Below are positions 55,622 through 64,000 of a DNA stretch of 64,000 bases, piece by piece. Source of the stretch: a virus; the IMG/VR virus record IMGVR_UViG_3300021961_000021. The stretch is one strand, 5' to 3'. Position 1 is the stretch's first letter. Each line of letters opens with the position of its first letter. The notes beneath the pieces are model-generated. The model was given only the letters and a program-made list of their open reading frames with translations, was not told the origin of the DNA and searched no databases. The translations under genes were made by a program, and so were the position numbers.

Positions 55622-56246
55622 TCTTTTTGATTGTCGGTTTAATCAACTTCAACAAAAAGTCCGCGAAAGGTTTTGCCAAGAGTGCTGAAGTAGTTGCAAC
55701 TAGAGCAATTGATGCTGTAGTGGTAACTGCTTCAATGGGTGGCAGCAGAGATTGCTCGGGAGTTATAGGTTGCTCAGGCAATACTTTAACGGGAGTTATA
55801 GGTTGCTGAGAATTCTCCTTGGTAGTATTCCCATTCTCGGATGAATTTACGACAGCAGTGTTGATCTGTGCTGCACGTCTTGCGGCATCTAAAGCATCTG
55901 CCTTCGTCTGTTCGTCAGGTTCCGATTGCAATTTCGGGGGAACAACCTTAGGTCTGCTGAAGGTCATATCATTGGGGTTGTATTCAATCGGATTGTATGA
56001 TGGCATCGTTCCATCACACAAAACCATATTACCCCTAGGATCTTGTGTAGGTAGATCCTTGTTATTGTTCTCTCTGGTCTCCACACAACCAGGAACTTGC
56101 ATAATAGGAGTTCCTATAGTCTCAGTAACTATTGGAGTTCTCGGTATCACAGGAGAAATCTCTGGCACTGCTACCGTAATTGGAGCAACACCAGAGATTC
56201 CAACATCAAGATTTGGTATACTTACATCCCGTATATCAGGCATCAA
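55479..56246 (-). CDS. Pro-rich membrane-anchored protein
   Basis: VPGCVE....CD..MPSY.PI.Y, TM-like TTASIALVATTSALL and basic C-terminus. Confidence 0.7.
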   Translation of the reverse strand: MMPDIRDVSIPNLDVGISGVAPITVAVPEISPVIPRTPIVTETIGTPIMQVPGCVETRENNNKDLPTQDPRGNMVLCDGTMPSYNPIEYNPNDMTFSRPKVVPPKLQSEPDEQTKADALDAARRAAQINTAVVNSSENGNTTKENSQQPITPVKVLPEQPITPEQSLLPPIEAVTTTASIALVATTSALLAKPFADFLLKLIKPTIKKIIAKLQKARGKEPPRESVRERILSQRDRNRAVSDLTKSLKQLKRGLK

Positions 56247-56350
56247 TCCTCAGTAAAAAAACCAACGATTCCAGAAAACAAGTGGAAGAAGAAAACATAT
56301 AAAAAGAACTTCCCTTCGGTATCATTCTTCTTCCTTCTGCTAGTAGTCAT
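56243..56350 (-). CDS. Small membrane peptide (35 aa)
   Basis: Hand-translated MTTSRRKKNDTEGKFFLYVFFFHLFSGIVGFFTED. Confidence 0.55.
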   Translation of the reverse strand: MTTSRRKKNDTEGKFFLYVFFFHLFSGIVGFFTED

Positions 56351-56377
56351 AGTATATGTTTATAGCTACAATATATA

Positions 56378-56677
56378 TCAGAAGGGAATTGCAGGACCAG
56401 ACAGGATTGTTTTGTTTTGTAACGGTAATGCACCGCCAACTTTGGGAATGGATGTCTTAACCAGATTACCGATCATAGGTTTTACTGCATTGATTGCACC
56501 CTCGGTTGCTGCTTTAGTAACAACATCCTTAAGTTTCTTCTCTGCTAGTTCTGCTGCCTTGTCGGTAGCAGATTGAATGATCGCTTCCCTCTTAGCATAG
56601 ACAGTAACACCAACCCCAACCAATGCCAGGTTCATACCAAACGATGCTAGGGCGAGCAAGTTAATTAGTTTCTGCAT
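56378..56677 (-). CDS. Membrane-anchored protein
   Basis: MQKLINLLALASF...GVTVY. Start moved from the ORF track. Confidence 0.6.
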   Translation of the reverse strand: MQKLINLLALASFGMNLALVGVGVTVYAKREAIIQSATDKAAELAEKKLKDVVTKAATEGAINAVKPMIGNLVKTSIPKVGGALPLQNKTILSGPAIPF

Positions 56678-56681
56678 AAGA

Positions 56682-57044
56682 TTATGTGCGAGGTTTAACG
56701 TAACCTTCCTGAGGTTCTTCACCACCATCTTCCTTCGGTTCATCTTCCCAAATAGGACGAACAGAAGGTTCTTCTTCATCTTTAGGTTTGGCATAAACTG
56801 GTGTTGCATCACCAGTTGGTGTATTGGTGCCATTACCAGTATTTTTTGCTGCAGCAATACCGAATCCAGCGAGAGATCCAGAGAATACAGAGGCAATAAA
56901 AGTGGGATCAAAATCGAGAATCTTCTGCCCAGATGGCAGGCGGAAATAAGATGCAGTCAATAATGATGCGCTCCAAACCAGGATTGAAACTTTTATCAAA
57001 TCAGATAACCATTCTCTTTTCTTTTCGTGGTCTTCGTTTTCCAT
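56682..57044 (-). CDS. Conserved two-TM protein
   Basis: WSASLLT.SY...DPTFIASVF.G.LA.FGI. Late promoter at 57071. Confidence 0.7.
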   Translation of the reverse strand: MENEDHEKKREWLSDLIKVSILVWSASLLTASYFRLPSGQKILDFDPTFIASVFSGSLAGFGIAAAKNTGNGTNTPTGDATPVYAKPKDEEEPSVRPIWEDEPKEDGGEEPQEGYVKPRT

Positions 57045-57069
57045 TTATTTAACATAAACGTTTGACACA

Positions 57070-57291
57070 CTATTTATTTTTTGGAGCATTGCAATCATTG
57101 CAGTAATAAGAAAACCCCCATCTAAAGGTTTTCACTACTTGATAGTGATCTTTATCCAGGGGTTTTTCTATGTCACATTTACTACAAATCCTTGTGCTGC
57201 TTTTTACGGACTCGTTTGAGTTCTTTGAGTTCTTCTTTAATGCGTTTGTAAGCAGTCTCAGCATCAATCTTGTCTCCAAGTTCCATTGCAA
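57070..57291 (-). CDS. Small Zn-finger-like protein (start uncertain)
   Basis: CSKC..EKPL....F..YCNDC. Confidence 0.4.
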   Translation of the reverse strand: MQWNLETRLMLRLLTNALKKNSKNSNESVKSSTRICSKCDIEKPLDKDHYQVVKTFRWGFSYYCNDCNAPKNK

Positions 57292-57382
57292 TAATTATAT
57301 CTACCCTAGTACCAAAATGTGCTAGGGCAGTTTCAAATTTGTCTAAATCCTCATACATCAGTAGCAGCCTTTTTCTTGCCAA
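57182..57382 (-). CDS. Conserved small protein
   Basis: FE.AL.HFG.RV..I.A.E.G.KI....AY..IK.ELK.LK. Confidence 0.65.
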   Translation of the reverse strand: MARKRLLLMYEDLDKFETALAHFGTRVDIIIAMELGDKIDAETAYKRIKEELKELKRVRKKQHKDL

Positions 57383-57785
57383 TGTTGTATTTAGATTCCA
57401 GAATCCATTCGCCTTTGTCTTTGAAAGCGATAACTTTAATCTGATTCAACGGAGCGATGTCTTCGATCTGCTCGTCTGCAACGATACCAACCAGTCCCCA
57501 ATCGGAAAGAAGTTTGGTAATACGATTTCTACGCTGAACATCGTTGATTGTAAGGTTTGCGTGTTTGCCATCAAGGGCAAACAGTTCCTTAAAATGTACG
57601 ATGTAGTATCTACCTTTCTTATGTAAGATATGGCAGGACTGAAACAGTTTCTTTTCTTTACGAGAAGCAACACCAATACGAGTAAGAGTTTCTCTAATCT
57701 TCAGAAAGTCATCTGGTTGTTTAAGAGTAACTTCCACCATCATATCAGGTGACCAGCTCAATTCGATGGATTTTTCATCCGTCAT
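57351..57785 (-). CDS. regA: Translational repressor RegA
   Basis: DDFLKIRETLTRIGVA...SCHILHK.GRYYIVHFKELFALDG. Confidence 0.97.
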   Translation of the reverse strand: MTDEKSIELSWSPDMMVEVTLKQPDDFLKIRETLTRIGVASRKEKKLFQSCHILHKKGRYYIVHFKELFALDGKHANLTINDVQRRNRITKLLSDWGLVGIVADEQIEDIAPLNQIKVIAFKDKGEWILESKYNIGKKKAATDV

Positions 57786-58183
57786 TGTCTTCCTCCAGTA
57801 TTCATCTTTTGTTTGATCAAATCAATTTGTTCTTTGGTCAGAATTCGTAACGCATCCCGTGCCTTTTCATCTGAATACTTGAAGTAGTCTTTGATGAGAG
57901 CAAGATCATCAATCTTCTCTTTCTTTTGCCAGGGTGAGAAACGTTTTTTTCGTCTCAGACTATTTAGATAAAATAGATATTGGAGGTCTTTGTCTAGGTT
58001 GTATAACCTATTCATCTCGTTAGCATAGAGGACACTATCCATATGATAAGACAACATCCTGTTGACAATGTAAGGAGGATAATGTTTTTTCCAACCAGGA
58101 TCATCGGAATCTAGTAGATTTTCCTTAGAAAAATTAACAGAATTTAGATAGTCCTTGAGAGGATAGTCACTACGAGAACTCAT
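57782..58183 (-). CDS. g62: Clamp loader small subunit gp62
   Basis: YPPYIVNR.LSY..D..L.ANEMN...RRKKRFS.W...Y..S..KA..AL.IL. Confidence 0.93.
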   Translation of the reverse strand: MSSRSDYPLKDYLNSVNFSKENLLDSDDPGWKKHYPPYIVNRMLSYHMDSVLYANEMNRLYNLDKDLQYLFYLNSLRRKKRFSPWQKKEKIDDLALIKDYFKYSDEKARDALRILTKEQIDLIKQKMNTGGRQ

Positions 58184-58186
58184 AAA

Positions 58187-59026
58187 TCAGGCAAGCAATT
58201 GTTCAATAGGTGATAGACAAGTGAAGTTTGTAATTAGCAATTCTTTCATCCCAGTATTGTTTGGACGATGCTGCATACCATAGGTAATGCTAAATGGACG
58301 TTGATGATAATACCTAAACAACTCTTTGATGTTGTCGTTGATATTGTAAGTGATCATCCAATTCAGATTACTGGCACCACATACATCAGCAAACTTTTGG
58401 TGATCAAATCCCCTGTGCATTGTTCCACCTTTGCCACCATAAAGAAAGTCTTTGATGTCATATGGGGGATCGAGAAACACAAAGGTATTCTCATCGCCAG
58501 GTTCCATAAGAAGATGACTGTAATCCGTATTGGTAATATGCCAATTCTGAATCATCTCAGAATAATGTGGAAGATTTTTAATTCCACGCATCGTAAAGTT
58601 CTGAACAGATGCTTGCGGAGAGAATGACGAATTTTCAGTAAGACCAGAATACGAACACTTGTTCATAATCCAGAAATAAACTGCTGCCTGAAACTCACCC
58701 TGTTTATCGATGGTCTCTTTACACAGATTAAAGAGTTCTCGTGCACTCTCTTTGGTGTCGTACTTATCTTTGTACATCGCCAAGACATTTGAGAGATCTT
58801 CACCATACTCCTGAAGGATTGTCCAGAAGTTATAGAGATACCAATACTTATCATTTACCCACACTGGATTATCAGGATTCCTGCGAGTAAACTCTAGGGC
58901 AACAGAACCCCCACCAAGAAAAGGTTCACGATACTCAGTCACATCCCTAGGGATGTTGTCACATAACATAGACGCTACACGAGACTTACCGCCAGGGTAG
59001 CGCAGTGGGGTTTTCAATCCTTTCAT
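58187..59026 (-). CDS. dam: DNA adenine methyltransferase (Dam/D12 class)
   Basis: PLRYPGGKSR, YREPFLGGGSV and FLDPPY. Confidence 0.93.
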   Translation of the reverse strand: MKGLKTPLRYPGGKSRVASMLCDNIPRDVTEYREPFLGGGSVALEFTRRNPDNPVWVNDKYWYLYNFWTILQEYGEDLSNVLAMYKDKYDTKESARELFNLCKETIDKQGEFQAAVYFWIMNKCSYSGLTENSSFSPQASVQNFTMRGIKNLPHYSEMIQNWHITNTDYSHLLMEPGDENTFVFLDPPYDIKDFLYGGKGGTMHRGFDHQKFADVCGASNLNWMITYNINDNIKELFRYYHQRPFSITYGMQHRPNNTGMKELLITNFTCLSPIEQLLA

Positions 59027-59292
59027 TCAAACTCTCCAGTACGATTACGAATCCGAGAGGTACTGTAACTAGAAGCAAGTGGCAGATCAGTTACGCAGGT
59101 GACACTAATCATTGTTGACTTAGTTGCTTCTGCCATTTGACGATACCCAAGACCAACGTAGATCTGACCACCGACAACAGCAACTGCCATCGATCCCCAG
59201 AAGATGTAGTACCACTTGGACTTGATCTGATACGGGAGAGTGTTTCGCAATAGTTTCATAATCAATAGGAAGGGGACTCCGACTTTAACCAT
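59023..59292 (-). CDS. Small membrane protein
   Basis: YQIKS.WYY.FWG...V.VV.GQ.YVG.GYR.MA motif. Confidence 0.6.
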   Translation of the reverse strand: MVKVGVPFLLIMKLLRNTLPYQIKSKWYYIFWGSMAVAVVGGQIYVGLGYRQMAEATKSTMISVTCVTDLPLASSYSTSRIRNRTGEFE

Positions 59293-59810
59293 ATATTACC
59301 AGACATCGATACCCTCTGTCCAGCGGATCGGAAGGGATATACATAATGATTTAACCAAGAGGGGAAGATAAAGCAGTCACCGTTCTTTGGTTTGACAGGT
59401 CCCCATACGTTGTTGGATCCTTTCTGACGCTCACCATAATTGAAATACAGGGATCCTGCTTCTGGTGTTTCATCGTAAATCCCACTGGGGATATCCAGAT
59501 AACAAACAAAACTTAGATCACCATCGTGATTGTGAACTGGTTGCCAATCGTTTGCTGTCTGAAAGTTTACCCATAACGGTTCGATATCAATATACCCCTT
59601 ATGGTTATTCGTATATTCACGAACGTGATCAAGAATAACTTTCAGTTGATGATCTTCAGGATAGATATACAACTGTTCAGCAAGTTGACCTACCAGTATT
59701 GGTGATGCATCATCTTGTGCATCAAATGCTATAGCGAGCAATTCTTTTCGGAGTTGCTCATTAATCTGCCCTTTATAAATTGAAGGACCGAAAGGACGAA
59801 TCGTACTCAT
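59262..59810 (-). CDS. 2OG-Fe(II) oxygenase
   Basis: WVNFQ....QP.H.H.G.LSFV.YL, FPSWL.H.V.PF and R.S.SGN. Confidence 0.85.
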   Translation of the reverse strand: MSTIRPFGPSIYKGQINEQLRKELLAIAFDAQDDASPILVGQLAEQLYIYPEDHQLKVILDHVREYTNNHKGYIDIEPLWVNFQTANDWQPVHNHDGDLSFVCYLDIPSGIYDETPEAGSLYFNYGERQKGSNNVWGPVKPKNGDCFIFPSWLNHYVYPFRSAGQRVSMSGNIWLKSESPSY

Positions 59811-59811
59811 A

Positions 59812-60420
59812 TCAGTTCAGAGAAAGATCTACCATATTTTGTCCATAAGGACCAAAGTTAACTCCACCTGTAGGGAATGCATTCCAAGCGATTGCTGCCC
59901 TAAGTTCTGGACCGTGATGCGGTACAGACCAGTGGATCATCCAACTTGGCCAAATGAGAAGTTGCCCAGGAGTCGGTTCGACCGCTACAGCGTTCTCGTA
60001 GGTGCCACTGATGATTTCCAACTGGTTCATCGTTCGTGGCGTCAGAGGGTCCTGGAAGACCGTAGGAGACCCCTCTGTGAGGTAATAGATACCAGATAGG
60101 TAAGAGAAGGGATGACGGTGCGGTTGGTGGCATCCACCGCTCTCTGGACCGCTTACGTTGCCCCAGGCGAGGCACACCTCAAGGTCACCTTGCATTTGAA
60201 GTTGTTCTTCATTCTTGATCTCCTTGAGACAGTCTTCAATCCATTTGATGAGTGGTTGAAATTCATCCTGAAGATGGAGATCCCCTTTAGTAGTCTCAAC
60301 CATATTCGGAATATTGAAGAGACCACGCTCACGTTCTAGCAAGGCATCCAAGGTGGGTTGTACCAGTTCTTCGTTATCAAACGAATAAAATCTAACTGGG
60401 AAGAAATCGTGCCTGTCCAT
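59812..60420 (-). CDS. 2OG-Fe(II) oxygenase (TIGR02466-like)
   Basis: FFPV, H.H....SGIYY, WPSWM.H and R..IAWN. Confidence 0.85.
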   Translation of the reverse strand: MDRHDFFPVRFYSFDNEELVQPTLDALLERERGLFNIPNMVETTKGDLHLQDEFQPLIKWIEDCLKEIKNEEQLQMQGDLEVCLAWGNVSGPESGGCHQPHRHPFSYLSGIYYLTEGSPTVFQDPLTPRTMNQLEIISGTYENAVAVEPTPGQLLIWPSWMIHWSVPHHGPELRAAIAWNAFPTGGVNFGPYGQNMVDLSLN

Positions 60421-60979
60421 AATAATTGATGTTCAAGATGGTTCTGTCTTTGTGCTGACGAGGAGCAGAACCAGAATGGTAATGCAACCCATCGAAAATT
60501 ACATACTTACCTTTTACAGGATCGATGTATTGTTTGGGTGTGACTTCAGATGGTGGTGTACCATTGTAGGTTTCTTTATATATGTGAGTAGGTCCATCAC
60601 TGTCATTAACATAATAGATCATCACATAATGTGGGTCGGGGCAATCAACGTGTGGTTGAGTGGGAGGAACAAAGTCCTTCATCACTTTAGCAGCACGTAC
60701 ACGGATCAACTGTTCAAAGTCCATATCGACATTGTTGAGCATCCATTCCCATAGTTTTTTAAACACTATGTCATACGCTTTAGATGTAATCTCAAAGTCA
60801 GTATGAATTATATGCGCAAAATACGGATGCTCTTCGTACCCAGGTAACTGAAGAACCTCCGCATTGCCGTTGTATTTTGATGTAAATTCCTGATAGAACC
60901 AGGGAAAGGTGTTATCTCTACAAAGAACTTCGTAGATCCAATCACTGATTTCATCAGGAACGTATCCTACCTTAATCAT
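60392..60979 (-). CDS. 2OG-Fe(II) oxygenase
   Basis: PHVD....H....YYVNDSDGPT, FDG..YH.G..P and R..LN.N. Confidence 0.83.
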   Translation of the reverse strand: MIKVGYVPDEISDWIYEVLCRDNTFPWFYQEFTSKYNGNAEVLQLPGYEEHPYFAHIIHTDFEITSKAYDIVFKKLWEWMLNNVDMDFEQLIRVRAAKVMKDFVPPTQPHVDCPDPHYVMIYYVNDSDGPTHIYKETYNGTPPSEVTPKQYIDPVKGKYVIFDGLHYHSGSAPRQHKDRTILNINYYGQARFLPS

Positions 60980-61275
60980 ACAATGATCTTTTTACTTGGT
61001 GTTTCGATAAGAGAAAACATTTGTTCGTACTGCTCAACAATTTGATCTTGGGTTTCTGCGATGTACACAACATACGATTTAGGAATCTCAAGATCGACTC
61101 CCCTACCTTTAAGAATAGGTGACCAGGGAGCAAATGCCATAGTCCCAGTGCCAGAAGGAATGGCAACGATAGGGTTACGGATAACAATATTGTCGGTAAG
61201 ATTACCAACAAGGTCTGCGACGACATCTTCGCCAGACCACATTCGGATTAGTTTAACGTTCATTTGAATTGACAC
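60976..61275 (-). CDS. Conserved hypothetical protein
   Basis: VKLIRM.SGEDV.AD...NPIV..P...FAPWSP motif. Confidence 0.7.
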   Translation of the reverse strand: MSIQMNVKLIRMWSGEDVVADLVGNLTDNIVIRNPIVAIPSGTGTMAFAPWSPILKGRGVDLEIPKSYVVYIAETQDQIVEQYEQMFSLIETPSKKIIV

Positions 61276-62201
61276 TGCATCATAATTTCAGTTAGAAATG
61301 CCACCAAGTTGATCTCTTGATCGGCAACGAAAGCAGACTTGTACTGGTACTCACCCAGGATAAGAACTGCTTGGGGAATGCTCTGAGGTTGAAAATACTC
61401 GTAGAGACTGTCATAGATGTTCCTCATAATTTGTGTTGGTTCATTGTCCAGATTAGTTGTCACCCACTTCTTCATCTTCGTGAACTCTTTGGTCTTCAAA
61501 TAAGAAACCAGTTCATTAAGATTTAGGTTAGATACAACAGCAAGAATACCATTATCGATCTTACCGATAGAGGCATACCGCTGCAGTTCGTTCAGGGTAC
61601 GACGAAAGTCTGGAAAATACTTCTGAACTAGCGCCGCCAGAACACGAGGTTCGGCATCAATTCGTTCGGTTTCAAGAATCTTCTGAACCCGAGTAAAGAA
61701 AGCAGCAGCGATCTTTTGCTTTTCCGACTTGCCGAAGTTGAAGTCAACAACAGAACATCTTGAGTGGAGTGGTTGAATAATTTTGTTCTTGTAGTTGCAG
61801 GTGAAGATGAATCTACAGTTGCGACTAAATTCCTCAATAGACGCCCGTAGGAGGAGTTGTACGTCGCTCCCTGTGTTATCTGCCTCATCAATGATGATGA
61901 CTTTGTGTTTAGCAGTCGATGTAAGTGAGACGGTCGAAGCGAAGTTCTTCGCATTGTTTCGGACAGTTTCAAGGAATCGACCCTCGTCGGATCCATTAAT
62001 GACATAGTAATCGGCACCAATTTCATTACACAGTGCTTTTGCAACGGTAGTCTTACCCAGACCAGGACCACCAGAAAGGAGTAGATTGGGGATCTCTCCC
62101 TTCTCAACAAACTTCAGGAATACATCCTTCACAGATTCGGAGAGAATACAATCCTCAACTTTCTGAGGACGGTACTTTTCACACCAAAGAAAATCTGACA
62201 T
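61260..62201 (-). CDS. g44: Clamp loader large subunit gp44
   Basis: LWCEKYRPQ, GGPGLGKTT, INGSDE, IIDEAD, CRFIFTCN and FPDFRR. Confidence 0.97.
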   Translation of the reverse strand: MSDFLWCEKYRPQKVEDCILSESVKDVFLKFVEKGEIPNLLLSGGPGLGKTTVAKALCNEIGADYYVINGSDEGRFLETVRNNAKNFASTVSLTSTAKHKVIIIDEADNTGSDVQLLLRASIEEFSRNCRFIFTCNYKNKIIQPLHSRCSVVDFNFGKSEKQKIAAAFFTRVQKILETERIDAEPRVLAALVQKYFPDFRRTLNELQRYASIGKIDNGILAVVSNLNLNELVSYLKTKEFTKMKKWVTTNLDNEPTQIMRNIYDSLYEYFQPQSIPQAVLILGEYQYKSAFVADQEINLVAFLTEIMMQCQFK

Positions 62202-62208
62202 AATAATA

Positions 62209-62736
62209 TTAAATCCAGTCGGGTTTACGGTCGGGGATGCGAAGATAATTATCTTTCACCCAAGGTTTAGATGCGATATACCGTTTGTAAGCGGTGAACG
62301 TATCTATTGTATCATCTTCTTTCCATTCAACGGGCATAGCACGAACAAATGGAGTTGGACCTTTGCCAGATCGTCCTGCAGGATCTGGACGGGGAAACAA
62401 CTTGTTAGCAGCAGAAAGAGTATGCAAGCAAGAATGAATCTTGGCATACCGATTGGAATACTCTTCACAGAGTGCTAGACCGTGATCAATCAACCACGAC
62501 CAGTTGTGAACAAATTCTCCTGCCCAAATGGTGCAAGGATGATTACGAAAGGCACCTTTCTCGGTGCTGTATGGAGTTCCATCTACTTTGGGCAGAGTAC
62601 CGAAACCTCTACCCCATTTATCAGATGCAATAATAGAAAGCATCTGGCAGCACTCTAGTGGCATCTTGACAATGTGCTTGTCTGGAAGAACTCGTGCTGA
62701 AAGGACGGGAGAGGGATCGGTAACAAAGATGTTCAT
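62209..62736 (-). CDS. Pyrimidine-dimer DNA glycosylase-like protein (DenV family)
   Basis: MNIF......SA..L.DKH.VKM.LE..QML, HPCT.W and YR.Y...K motifs. Confidence 0.75.
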   Translation of the reverse strand: MNIFVTDPSPVLSARVLPDKHIVKMPLECCQMLSIIASDKWGRGFGTLPKVDGTPYSTEKGAFRNHPCTIWAGEFVHNWSWLIDHGLALCEEYSNRYAKIHSCLHTLSAANKLFPRPDPAGRSGKGPTPFVRAMPVEWKEDDTIDTFTAYKRYIASKPWVKDNYLRIPDRKPDWI

Positions 62737-63416
62737 TTTGTTTCTGGTTCTAGAGCGATGTAATACTGAAGATCCAATGCTGCAGACTTGGCAACAAAGT
62801 GAGCAACACGTCCTCCAGATATGCTCACATCATAATCAACTTGCTGGAGTCGGAGGTTCTCAACCTTGAAACAGTAACAAAACTCAGTGTCATCGTCACA
62901 TTCACCAACAGGAATCTCAAAGGTATTGCTGGTTTCGTTCTTCTTGTCACATACCCGAAGGATAATTTCATTTCCTTTGGTAGTCAGACACAGATCAGGA
63001 ACAGCATAGATTTGCGATGCCTTAGAAAGTTTGTCAAGATCTGCAGCAGTTACAGTGAATTGAACATTCACATTGGTCATTGGGATCTCTTTGTTTGGCG
63101 GACGTACAATGAGATCGGGATCGCTGTAGTAGAAACTGGTGCGTCCTCCACGGTTTTGATCTGAGACGATAACCTTTCGATCATCAGTGAAGTCCAAGAC
63201 AGGATCTGTAAACAACGAGATACCACTGAGAAATACAGGGAGGTCATAGATTGCGACCTGAGTTGGGAAGTCTTCGTTAACCTTAGCAGAAGCGTAAATG
63301 TTCTTGTTAACAGAAATCGTGCGGATATAAGAACCAGGATCGATAACGATAGACTTGTTGATGGTTGCAAAGTTCTTCAGTGTATTGTAGGTTTCTTTAC
63401 TCAGGTTCATCTTCAT
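62733..63416 (-). CDS. g45: Sliding clamp gp45
   Basis: LKNFATINKSI, AIYDL..FL, F..ENL and Y.IALE. Confidence 0.93.
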   Translation of the reverse strand: MKMNLSKETYNTLKNFATINKSIVIDPGSYIRTISVNKNIYASAKVNEDFPTQVAIYDLPVFLSGISLFTDPVLDFTDDRKVIVSDQNRGGRTSFYYSDPDLIVRPPNKEIPMTNVNVQFTVTAADLDKLSKASQIYAVPDLCLTTKGNEIILRVCDKKNETSNTFEIPVGECDDDTEFCYCFKVENLRLQQVDYDVSISGGRVAHFVAKSAALDLQYYIALEPETK

Positions 63417-63700
63417 CGGTTAGGGTACTCCTCACGAGTTGCGTTTTTATCATTAAAGTGTAGCAGAAGAACTGCATAATGCAGCACCTTCAAAATGTCA
63501 CGGCGGGCAGTGCCCTTTTTATCATAGCGAGAGGCATACTTCAGGATGTTACTACGGCAGAATGCCTCACCATCGCCACACGCTTCAATCAAATCAAGTG
63601 TCTGAATACCGTCATCACCAGAAGAATAGTGCTGTCGATATGTGTCGGTGATGTAGGTACGCACCTCATCGAGAATTGCTTCTTCGTTGTACTTGAACAT
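63413..63700 (-). CDS. DUF3310-like protein
   Basis: TY.QHYS...IQT.D.I....F...NI.KY..RY.KKG. Confidence 0.75.
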   Translation of the reverse strand: MFKYNEEAILDEVRTYITDTYRQHYSSGDDGIQTLDLIEACGDGEAFCRSNILKYASRYDKKGTARRDILKVLHYAVLLLHFNDKNATREEYPNR

Positions 63701-63715
63701 AGTGTAAGGGGGTGG

Positions 63716-63754
63716 TATTTACCCAGTATAAGGTTTACAGATGGATCGTGTCAA
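63716..63754 (-). promoter_or_regulatory. sigma70-like promoter plus late promoter ahead of the clamp operon
   Basis: TTGACA(63749-54)-18-TATACT(63725-30), then TAAATA(63716-21). Confidence 0.65.
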
Positions 63755-64000
63755 GTGAACACGGTGGGGTTTTCGTTGCTGATAACTTCAATGGTGTCGG
63801 CATTAAAGTCAACATCAATCTTATCGTACAGTTCAAGGAATGCTTGCTTGGTCTCATCATCGAAACGATTGACACTGTACTTGATGGCATCTTCCTTGGA
63901 ATTGAAGATGGAGTATGCCTTGATGATATGAACAAGGCGACGAGTGGAGATCACTTCATCAATGCCACCATCGAAGAAGGTCTTACGAATGACTTGTGCC
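63751..64000 (-). CDS. cobS: C-terminus of CobS/MoxR-like AAA+ ATPase (5' end outside the window)
   Basis: IRKTF.DGGIDEVISTRRLVHI..AY.IF...RFDDETK..FLELY.K.D. Confidence 0.85.
   Translation of the reverse strand, partial: AQVIRKTFFDGGIDEVISTRRLVHIIKAYSIFNSKEDAIKYSVNRFDDETKQAFLELYDKIDVDFNADTIEVISNENPTVFT

Noticed and set aside
1-64000. Alternative genetic code or stop-codon reassignment
   Set aside because: Core genes translate full-length with the standard code, TAA, TAG and TGA all occur as terminators, and there is no suppressor tRNA.

Overview
A 64-kb segment of a T4-like (Kyanoviridae-type) cyanomyophage genome, probably a freshwater lineage. Almost all genes are on the minus strand. 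It carries T4 core modules: baseplate/tail g51, g26, g54-like, g2, g4, g48 and g53; replication and late transcription g32, g33, rnh, g61, g41, uvsX, g43, regA, g62, g44 and g45; nucleotide metabolism thyX, nrdA, nrdB, nrdC, mazG and phoH. Auxiliary metabolic genes are psbA, two hli, petF, peroxiredoxin, talC, hsp20, a partial cobS-like AAA ATPase and seven 2OG-Fe(II) oxygenases. There are two tRNAs (Ser-TGA, Arg-TCT). The strongest unexplained signal is in the lysis cassette: a GGGAAAG slippery heptamer, a 6-nt spacer and a 10-bp hairpin sit at the stop codon of a short CxxC-ended protein, and a -1 shift lands in the frame of the GH24 lysozyme, predicting a frameshift-controlled endolysin. 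Other signals are tandem glutamine-II-like riboswitches ahead of small peptides, HLR1/RpaB-like boxes at the hli and psbA promoters, hybrid early/late promoters, an unassigned structured leader before a lysozyme-family gene, a tRNA nested in a CDS, a poly-His secreted peptide and small OMP-like beta-barrels. All family assignments come from motif recognition; no database searches or folding programs were run.
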